DNA of 64,000 nt from an uncultured Fibrobacterota bacterium. GTDB lineage: Bacteria > Fibrobacterota > Chitinivibrionia > Chitinivibrionales > FEN-1185. Below the pieces are notes generated by a model that worked only from the letters and a program-made list of their open reading frames with translations, ran no database searches and was not told the origin of the DNA. The DNA is taken from positions 26,374 through 90,373 of the forward strand of contig CAVSQB010000007.1 in assembly GCA_963729895.1 (NCBI GenBank). Reading direction: 5' to 3'. A program made the translations under genes and the position numbers. Of the stretch, positions 57,102 through 64,000 are shown piece by piece. The stretch's first letter is position 1. Every line of letters begins with the position of its first letter.

Positions 57102-57327
57102 CACGACGACAACGACGCCGGCCGCGTCCAGCACAATCGAAATGCCGCGGCTGGGCACCTACAAAGACATGAGGCGCCTAACCGGGCGCTCTTACGCGAC
57201 AATCAGCAGGTGGGTGTGCCGTAAGAAACTGCGGCCGGGAATTTATGTCGGGCAAGGGTTGTTCAATATATGTAGGATTCGTGAACTATTTGACAAAAAC
57301 GAAACATTTTTCTTGAAACGCGGCTGA
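57091..57327 (+). CDS. Excisionase-like HTH protein
   Basis: Small basic HTH (LTGRSYATISRWV) immediately upstream of the integrase, GAGG RBS. Confidence 0.65.
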   Translation: MGTDTTTTTPAASSTIEMPRLGTYKDMRRLTGRSYATISRWVCRKKLRPGIYVGQGLFNICRIRELFDKNETFFLKRG

Positions 57328-57373
57328 AATGGTTTTAGATTCTAACAGCAGCAATACCGGCCAAAGGAGACAA

Positions 57374-58540
57374 ATGAAATATCTCTATTGGCGCGGTCGT
57401 TCGCTTTGGTGCACATATTCCTTGCCGGGATACCCTGAGAAATTCCCGCTCAAAATCAAGACAACGGGTTCGGCGGTGGATCGGGCAAGGTGTGAGAGAC
57501 AGGGAGAGGCGGCGCTTGCCTCACTGCGGACCAAGGCAACGGAAAACAGGCTCTTTGACATACAGGACACGGAAGCACCTACCAGAATATACAATCCTAC
57601 CTTTCGGCGCTTGTGCCGTCGCTATCTGTGCAATCATCTACGGTGGAAAAAGTCGGGCCGGAATGAGCGTTACCACCTACAACACGCATACGACAATTTC
57701 GGCAAACGGATTGCGCGGGAAATCACACGCGACGACGTAGAGGCATGGCGTCAAAAGATGATCCGCGACGGCGCGGCCGTGAATACCGTCAACAACAGGT
57801 TCGCGTACCTGGGTGCCGTCTTTGCCTGGGCGAATAGTGAGAGCGACTTGAGAAAGCGGTTGTGTTATGATCCTACAACCGGCATGGAAAAACTGTCCGG
57901 CGGGAACGTCCGGCAATTCGTTTTGACTGCGGAGAAGTTCGAGCGAAATTATACCTATCTCCGTGACGGAGAGAAAGCCAAACCGGGCAAGCGGAAAAAA
58001 CACGCGACGCCCTGGGCCGCGACACCTTGCCCACGGTTCGCAATGTTCTACCTGGCATTGTGGGAAACGGGAAGGCGGCCGGAAGAGGTTTCACAATACA
58101 CCTGGGAGATGATCCACGAACAGGTGATTGATGGTGTAAATGTCCATGCCGTTTCTGTTCCGCCTGCAATCACAAAGACCGACGACGGCGACGTGGTTTA
58201 TTTCTCAGAACGGTTGTGGGGTGAAGTAAAGCAGCTTGGATACCGTACTGGATACATCTTTCGCAATGCAGAGGGCGCGCGCTGGCAGTATTGGGATCGG
58301 CACAAGAAGAAACTGCAAGAGAAGTTCGGTCCGGACTGCGGATGGATACGGGACACCCGGCGCGGATTCGTCACCCACAAATGCGAGGTTGAGGGACACG
58401 ACCCGGCGCACGTCAAGGCGCTATCGGGACACAAGACCGATTCTATCTTCAACCGTTACCGGATCGGGAAGATACGGAACGTCATCAACGTCATTTATGG
58501 AAAAAGTACAAATTCAGTACATTTGGCAAGGACAGCCTGA
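57374..58540 (+). CDS. int: Tyrosine recombinase / phage integrase
   Basis: AAGGAG then ATG, ETGRRPEE, RDTRR, SGHKTDSIFNRY, ends next to the att repeat. Confidence 0.88.
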   Translation: MKYLYWRGRSLWCTYSLPGYPEKFPLKIKTTGSAVDRARCERQGEAALASLRTKATENRLFDIQDTEAPTRIYNPTFRRLCRRYLCNHLRWKKSGRNERYHLQHAYDNFGKRIAREITRDDVEAWRQKMIRDGAAVNTVNNRFAYLGAVFAWANSESDLRKRLCYDPTTGMEKLSGGNVRQFVLTAEKFERNYTYLRDGEKAKPGKRKKHATPWAATPCPRFAMFYLALWETGRRPEEVSQYTWEMIHEQVIDGVNVHAVSVPPAITKTDDGDVVYFSERLWGEVKQLGYRTGYIFRNAEGARWQYWDRHKKKLQEKFGPDCGWIRDTRRGFVTHKCEVEGHDPAHVKALSGHKTDSIFNRYRIGKIRNVINVIYGKSTNSVHLARTA

Positions 58541-58581
58541 AAAAGTGCCGAATCTGAGCTAATTTCAAGGGGTCGTGTGTT

Positions 58582-58626
58582 TTGTGGTTCCAGGTGTTGC
58601 GGGTTCGAGCCCCGTCAGCCACCCCA
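58582..58626 (+). repeat. Distal att site: duplicated 3' part of tRNA-His
   Basis: Same 45 bp as 44594-44638. Confidence 0.93.
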
Positions 58627-59124
58627 TTGAAATTCCCTCAAAATTCGCCATTTTTAAAGGAGAAGGCTTGACAGTGTAAAATGTCAGGCCTTTTTTGTTT
58701 CTCTGCGTTTTATCAATTTACATAACGTTTTAGCATGTTTTTGTTTCACCATTAAGCTGCCGGTTTTGCTACACAAAAACGGGGCATTGAGGGACGGCGA
58801 TTGCGTGCTCCGAAACCGCAAGGTTTGCGAATTATGCGTGAAACGCACCGGTGCCCTGTTCATTCGTGTGAAGAGATACAAGAAACCCGTGTGGCACGAT
58901 CATCCTTGATCGTGTATGTTGCACATGTGAAGACGGGAATCCACTACAAAAAGAACCTTCATCATTACAACACCTCGGGCCGTGCAACGGTCAAGAGCAC
59001 TATCGAGGACGATAGTGTGCCCAGTCCGCGTAATTTGACCGGTGTATCCGGATTAATTTGACCGGACGGATGTCTTTACAGAAAGCGATTTACGGTAATA
59101 ATATAAATGTTTCCATGTGTCCGG

Positions 59125-59871
59125 TCATTTTGCGGCGGATTTTGATTTGTTTTTTCGCATCGAGTCTCCTTCCAGGTTAAATTTTATGGCACCGTGTGTC
59201 AGGCGGTCGCAGACAGCGTCTGCCACGGTAGGATCGGGCAGTTTCAGGTGCCATTTGTCGACCGGGAACTGAGTGGTAATGATGATGGATCCTGCCTGTT
59301 CTTTCTCTTCAATGACGTCCAGGAGCGGTCCGGAGTCGATTGATTCGATTGGCTGCATAAGAAAATCGTCGAGTATGATGACTTTGGTTTTTGCGAGCTT
59401 TTTCAGGTAACGCAGGTACATTCCGGTGCCTTTGGCGGCATGGATTTCTTCGAAGAGGATCGGGTAACGGATTTTGATTACTGAGAAGCCCATGATGCAG
59501 ACTTGCAGGCCGATAGCCTCGGCCAGATACGTCTTTCCGCATCCGGTAGAGCCGGTAATAATGATGTTCTGCGAGTTGTTGATCCATGTCGCCGTGGTCA
59601 ACGGCATGAGATCTTTTTTCATAAACCCTCTGGATTGATTGTACGTGACATTTTCGAGGGTTGCCTGTTCGGGTTTGAAGTTTGCGTGGCCGATCATGCG
59701 GGAGAGCCTCCGGTTTTTCCGGGCATTGTATTCGTCTTCGACCAGAAGGGCGAAGAACTCCTCCGGGGCCAGATCACGGTTGTTGCCGCCGGCCAAACGT
59801 GTCTGCAATGATTCGGCCATTGCCGAGAGTCGCATGGATTTGAGCTGTTCAATGACGTTTTCGATATGCAT
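59125..59871 (-). CDS. istB: IS21 helper ATPase IstB
   Basis: Walker A GSTGCGKT, Walker B IILDD, ADAVCDRL, GDSMR. Confidence 0.94.
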   Translation of the reverse strand: MHIENVIEQLKSMRLSAMAESLQTRLAGGNNRDLAPEEFFALLVEDEYNARKNRRLSRMIGHANFKPEQATLENVTYNQSRGFMKKDLMPLTTATWINNSQNIIITGSTGCGKTYLAEAIGLQVCIMGFSVIKIRYPILFEEIHAAKGTGMYLRYLKKLAKTKVIILDDFLMQPIESIDSGPLLDVIEEKEQAGSIIITTQFPVDKWHLKLPDPTVADAVCDRLTHGAIKFNLEGDSMRKNKSKSAAK

Positions 59872-59889
59872 AGAAGTTCTCTTTTCCGG

Positions 59890-61461
59890 TTACTGGTTGA
59901 TGTAATACTGTGGCCCGCGTATGTTTTCATGAACCACGGGCGGTTGGCTTTGCGTGGGCAGCGGTAAAAAAGTCTGGTTGTCCAGGTGCTGCTCAAGGAT
60001 TGTTTTGATGGCTTTGAGCGTTGTCGATTTGTAATAGGTAGCTCTTTGACATGCTCTTTCGAGTCTCTGCGGCGAGTATACTTTTGCCAGTCGCAAAACG
60101 CCCATGACGGCGTTAAAGCCCTGCTGAACATGGTCTCTTCGGTTCATGATCTGCCAGGCCGCTTCGGCGGTTGCCGGACCGATCTCAGTCGCTTTGGCGA
60201 TGAACCACTCTTTCGACCACCCTTTGACAAACGCATGGCTTGGCGGCATATGTTCGGTTGTCGTGGCGTATCCGAAGTTCGGCGGGCCTGCCTGATGGCG
60301 GCAGACATGGATATTGTCGTGATAGATTTCTATGATCGGGCCGATCTGATATACGTCCACGCGCTGCGTTGCAAGGTAATGCGGTACGCTGTAAAAATGA
60401 TCTTCGAACCGGATGTGGTAATTATGGCCGACCAGCACGTCGAGCTTCACGAGGGATATCTTGAATGGCTCGGCAGGCAGTTGCTGGGCATAGGGCTTAT
60501 CCAGCTCTTCGAAGCGCTGCCGTCTCGTCTGGCCGCCATACTCCTTCATCGGGCGGTTGTTGAGCGCTTCCAGTTCTTCCCGTATTGCGACATTGACCTC
60601 ATCCAGAGAAAAGAACTGCCGGTTGCGCAACCGAGCCAGGATAAAACGCTGGGCCTGCAAAACGGCGCTCTCCACAATGGCTTTGTCCTGAGGCTTCAGC
60701 ACCCGTGCGGGAAGAAACGCCACACGATAATGATCTGCCATCTTCCCGTAAACGGGATTTGCGACCGGGTCGTACCGGTCGGATTTCTTAACCCCGCTTT
60801 TGGTATTGTCCAGAACAAAAGCGAATGGCGCAACGCCGAAGTACTCAAGGCCGTGCACATGGGAGAGGGCAAAATCACGCGTCTTCTGGCTTTCGCTTCC
60901 TTCGGCAAACGTGAAGCTGCTGGCACCCCAGGCGCAAACAAAAAGATCGACAGCGATGATTTCCCCGGTACGGCGATCGATATACTCCAAGCCATCGCCG
61001 GAGTAATCGGAGAACACCTTGTCCCCGCCTTTATGGATTACCTTCATGGTAATCTCCGGCGGACGGTGCCGTGCGACATGATCGTAAAATGCCGTGCGCT
61101 TCAAACCATCGGGATGCTGCTCGGCATATTCCTCCCACAGGCGCTGCAGCGTGACGTGTGGCCGAACGAGTTCTTTCTCAATGTATTTGACATCGGGCAG
61201 CCGAAAGGCGGGTGTGTCGTCAGGCGGCGGCACTGGTGGAAACAACGCAGCCTCAAGCGCCGTGTCCGTCAGCGTATCTGGCAGCGGCCACGGAAGCTTC
61301 GACAGTTGAAACCGCTCCAGGTAGTTTATGACGCTGCCCTTGGACAGCGATAGCGCAAGAGACGTTTGCTCCGCGCTGATGTTCTTTGATAACCGGTACT
61401 CAAGTACCTGGCGAATCTTCCGCATAGGCGTTCTCCCTCTGCTCATATCGTCTCCCTTCAA
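59890..61461 (-). CDS. istA: IS21 transposase IstA
   Basis: Protein identical to 438..2009. Confidence 0.93.
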   Translation of the reverse strand: MKGDDMSRGRTPMRKIRQVLEYRLSKNISAEQTSLALSLSKGSVINYLERFQLSKLPWPLPDTLTDTALEAALFPPVPPPDDTPAFRLPDVKYIEKELVRPHVTLQRLWEEYAEQHPDGLKRTAFYDHVARHRPPEITMKVIHKGGDKVFSDYSGDGLEYIDRRTGEIIAVDLFVCAWGASSFTFAEGSESQKTRDFALSHVHGLEYFGVAPFAFVLDNTKSGVKKSDRYDPVANPVYGKMADHYRVAFLPARVLKPQDKAIVESAVLQAQRFILARLRNRQFFSLDEVNVAIREELEALNNRPMKEYGGQTRRQRFEELDKPYAQQLPAEPFKISLVKLDVLVGHNYHIRFEDHFYSVPHYLATQRVDVYQIGPIIEIYHDNIHVCRHQAGPPNFGYATTTEHMPPSHAFVKGWSKEWFIAKATEIGPATAEAAWQIMNRRDHVQQGFNAVMGVLRLAKVYSPQRLERACQRATYYKSTTLKAIKTILEQHLDNQTFLPLPTQSQPPVVHENIRGPQYYINQ

Positions 61462-61695
61462 TGGTGAAAAGAGACGATATAGGTGAATCCGGGAACGCTT
61501 CCTGAAAAATCATCCGTCCGGTCAAATAAAAGCGGATTTGCCGGTCAAATTGAACCGGATTGATCGGTCATTTTGATCCGGATTCGGCGGTCAAATTGAG
61601 GCGGATTAGTCGGTCATTTTGGGGCGGATCAGTCAGATAGTGACACAAGTTTGTTAATTTCGGTTACACAGGGCACCCGCGCGATTGGGGGATGT

Positions 61696-61818
61696 TCAAA
61701 ATCTTGGCGGTGCTCCGGGGCCTTTCACTGGAGTTGTCTTCTGAACGGCTTCAGGCGTCTTTGTCACTTTCTTCTGACATCCAACGACTATTATGCATGC
61801 GATGATAGGGATTAATAG
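61696..61818 (-). pseudogene. 5'-truncated small lipoprotein-like ORF
   Basis: LLIPIIACIIVVGCQKKVTKTPEAVQKTTPVKGPGAPPRF*, start missing at the IS3 end. Confidence 0.4.
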
Positions 61819-61893
61819 GTGGCTATACCCCCGAAAACTTGCTCATTTGAGAAGGGAGTTTTCCGAGTTATTTTAAACTAACTAGGAGGACTC

Positions 61894-62157
61894 ATGAAAG
61901 GCAAGCGCTACAGTGAAGAGCAGATTTTTCGGATCCTGCAAGAGGGCGACCGCGGAGCCAAAGTCGCTGATCTTTGTCGTCAATATGGTATTTCAGAGAA
62001 CACGTACTTCCGTTGGAAGAGCAAATACAGCGGACTTGAGCTCTCTGATCTGAAAAGGATGAAGGAGATCGAGGGCGAAAACAGCCGGCTCAAGCGGATT
62101 GTTGCAGACCAGGCACTTCAGATCGATGCAATGAAGGAAGTGCTGCAAAGAAAATAG
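61894..62157 (+). CDS. IS3 OrfA (HTH)
   Basis: MKGKRYSEEQI...LCRQYGISENTYFRWKSKY...ENSRLKR. Confidence 0.9.
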   Translation: MKGKRYSEEQIFRILQEGDRGAKVADLCRQYGISENTYFRWKSKYSGLELSDLKRMKEIEGENSRLKRIVADQALQIDAMKEVLQRK

Positions 62158-63014
62158 TGAAGCGTCCTCAGCGTAGGCTGACTGTGGACGCACTAATGCG
62201 GCAAGGCCTGAGTCAACGGAAAGCATGCGGACTTCTGGGTATGACACCGGCAGGGTACCGCTATCGACCGCAGGAATCGGCTTTGAACAGCGAGTTGAAA
62301 ACAAAAATGCATGAAACCATTTCATCGTTCCGTTCATGGGGCTTTCCGACGCTTTATTGGTATCTCCGCAACCTTGGGTACATAGTAAATCACAAACGTG
62401 TGCATCGGCTCTACAAGGAAGAATCGCTTCAGAAAAGCAAGCGGAGGAGGCGTCAGAAACGCAATAGCCAACGGATGCCGTTGACGCTGCCGGATCGGCC
62501 AAGCCGTCGCTGGTCAATGGATTTCATATTCGACAGTACTTCCGACAAGCGCAAGCTGAAATGCCTGAATGTTGTCGATGACTGCACCCGTGAGGCTCTT
62601 GCAATCAAGGTAGCACGTTCTATTCCAGCACTAGGAGTCTGCCAAGTTCTAGACCACCTGGTGGCCAGGTACGGAAAGCCGGAAGCTCTGTTGACTGATA
62701 ACGGCCCGGAATTCCGGAGCAAAGAACTCATGCTCTGGGCAATACGAAACCAGGTAAGGCAGGAATTCATTCAGCCCGGCAAGCCCAGCCAGAATGCTTT
62801 TGTAGAATCATTCAATTCGATATTCAGGGACCAATGCTTGAATGAAAACTGGTTCATCTCATTAGAGGACGCAGAAAGAATAATCGAACATTGGAAGAAC
62901 ATTTACAACCGGATACGGCCACACGGATCACTAAAGGGGAAAACACCTGAAGAATACAGAGGTCAATTCAAAGAGAAAACTCCCATTTCGACTGAGAAAG
63001 TAATTGGGGTATAG
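62157..63014 (+). CDS. IS3 OrfB (DDE integrase core)
   Basis: WSMDF, VVDDCTRE, TDNGPEF, PGKPSQNAFVESFN, YNRIRPHGSL. Confidence 0.9.
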   Translation: MKRPQRRLTVDALMRQGLSQRKACGLLGMTPAGYRYRPQESALNSELKTKMHETISSFRSWGFPTLYWYLRNLGYIVNHKRVHRLYKEESLQKSKRRRRQKRNSQRMPLTLPDRPSRRWSMDFIFDSTSDKRKLKCLNVVDDCTREALAIKVARSIPALGVCQVLDHLVARYGKPEALLTDNGPEFRSKELMLWAIRNQVRQEFIQPGKPSQNAFVESFNSIFRDQCLNENWFISLEDAERIIEHWKNIYNRIRPHGSLKGKTPEEYRGQFKEKTPISTEKVIGV

Positions 63015-63017
63015 CCA

Positions 63018-64000
63018 CACCAGCAACCCTGGGTGCCAATGGTGCCAAACGCCCCGCCGTCGTACCGGAAACCGCCAGGAAGCGCCGAGAAACCAGTCTC
63101 ATTTGTGGCACCAGTGTTGGGAGAAGCCCAGTGCGCCGTTCCGGCTTCTTTTAGCTTCCCACCAGCCACGGGATCGCCGCCAAGGTATTTGCCAAGCACC
63201 TCCCATTCTGAGTCCGATGGTACATGCCAGCCCATTGGGGCCAGTTTGCCAGAGTTTGCGGCATCCAGGTTGTATAATGCTCCATAGGGATTTTTATACG
63301 TGGCTGAATCGTTATTGTACCAGCAATACCCCGGTATGGTATCAGCAATCCAAGCACTATCACCCGTTACCAACGGTATTGGGGTGCCGTCGTTATATCG
63401 AGTTGTTTTCAGGTTTCCCACCATCCAGACTTGGGTCCCTATCGCAACTGAATGATAACCGTTCCCATCGATATCCCGAATCAATTTTCTGATGCCGCAA
63501 CTTCTTTCACCCGACCAACCACTGCTATCGCCTATAGTATCGTATGCGATCACTTTAATTTTCAGTGACAACAATGAATCAGAACCTGTCAATTGCACGA
63601 AAGTATCCGTCAATGTGGTAGCAAACTGCGCATAACTGGTATTGTTGTAATTGACAAGCACCCGGTAGCGTACCCCATTTCCGTTCGGGTCAATGCCTCT
63701 GCTCCATTCAATAGTAGCATCAGACCATATTGAATCCCCATCATTGACAGGATACGTCATTACCGGCGTCGAAGGCGGACTGTTGATAATGCATCCATAT
63801 ACCACATTACTCCCTGCGCTGCACAATCCTTCGGTGTCTATCTGGAAAACCCTATAATATCGCGGATTCCATGCATAGCTTGGCGTCGCCGTTGTGTAGC
63901 TCACCGTGCCGATGGCCGTGATTGTCGCCCACAGTTCGCTAGTTGTGTCAACACTATTCGTTGTATTTCTGTGCCGCCCGGACACATCAAAAGAAAGCAA
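63018..64000 (-). pseudogene. Fibrobacter succinogenes major paralogous (FISUMP-like) domain protein, 3' end cut by IS3, 5' end outside the window
   Basis: RDIDGNGYHSVAIGTQVWMVGNL, YGALYN, PMGWHVPSDSEW, GFSALPGGFR, preceded by an FN3-like beta-rich region. Confidence 0.8.

Larger units (their letters stand above)
44594..58626 (+). mobile_element. Integrated phage-satellite-like genomic island at tRNA-His
   Basis: 45-bp direct repeat at 44594-44638 and 58582-58626, integrase next to the distal att, Prim-Pol, xis-like and HTH genes. Confidence 0.85.
59018..61635 (-). mobile_element. IS21-family insertion sequence, complete copy 2 (2618 bp)
   Basis: TG...CA ends with imperfect IRs, 7-bp target duplication GATAGTG at 59011-59017 and 61636-61642. 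Confidence 0.96.
61820..63017 (+). mobile_element. IS3-family insertion sequence (IS407-like)
   Basis: IRs TGGCTATACCCC.../...GGGGTATAGCCA, orfA+orfB, no target duplication. Confidence 0.92.

Noticed and set aside
44594..58626. Complete prophage or ICE
   Set aside because: No recognisable capsid, terminase, tail, lysis, relaxase or T4SS genes.
58582..58626. Second tRNA-His gene
   Set aside because: Only the 3' 45 nt are present, without the D-arm or 5' acceptor strand. It is the att duplication.

Overview
Bacterial chromosomal window with a conserved core flanked by IS-rich accessory DNA. 1-6.6 kb: an IS21 element (cut by the window edge) and an IS1380 element both interrupt one large AT-rich gene of unknown function. 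7.2-44.6 kb: purM, cysS, clpP, a tRNA cluster, tuf, rpmG, tRNA-Trp, secE-nusG, rplKAJL, rpoBC, the str/S10/spc/alpha ribosomal-protein supercluster, class II aldolase, a secreted protein and tRNA-His. Six long palindromic repeats sit just after stop codons in this core. 44.6-58.6 kb: a ~14 kb element integrated in tRNA-His (45-bp att repeat, tyrosine integrase, xis-like gene, Prim-Pol, iteron origin) with no recognisable virion or conjugation genes, so phage-satellite-like. It carries two ISCR/IS91-like rolling-circle elements and secreted-protein cargo. 58.6-64 kb: relic of a related island end, a second matching IS21 with a 7-bp target duplication, and an IS3 element truncating a Fibrobacter-major-domain (FISUMP-like) gene. 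The best novelty candidates are a ~165-nt two-copy structured element with compensatory base changes (6.8 and 43.3 kb), the satellite-like island with paired structured leaders, and a divergent str-operon EF-G. Everything was read by eye; no database searches were run.
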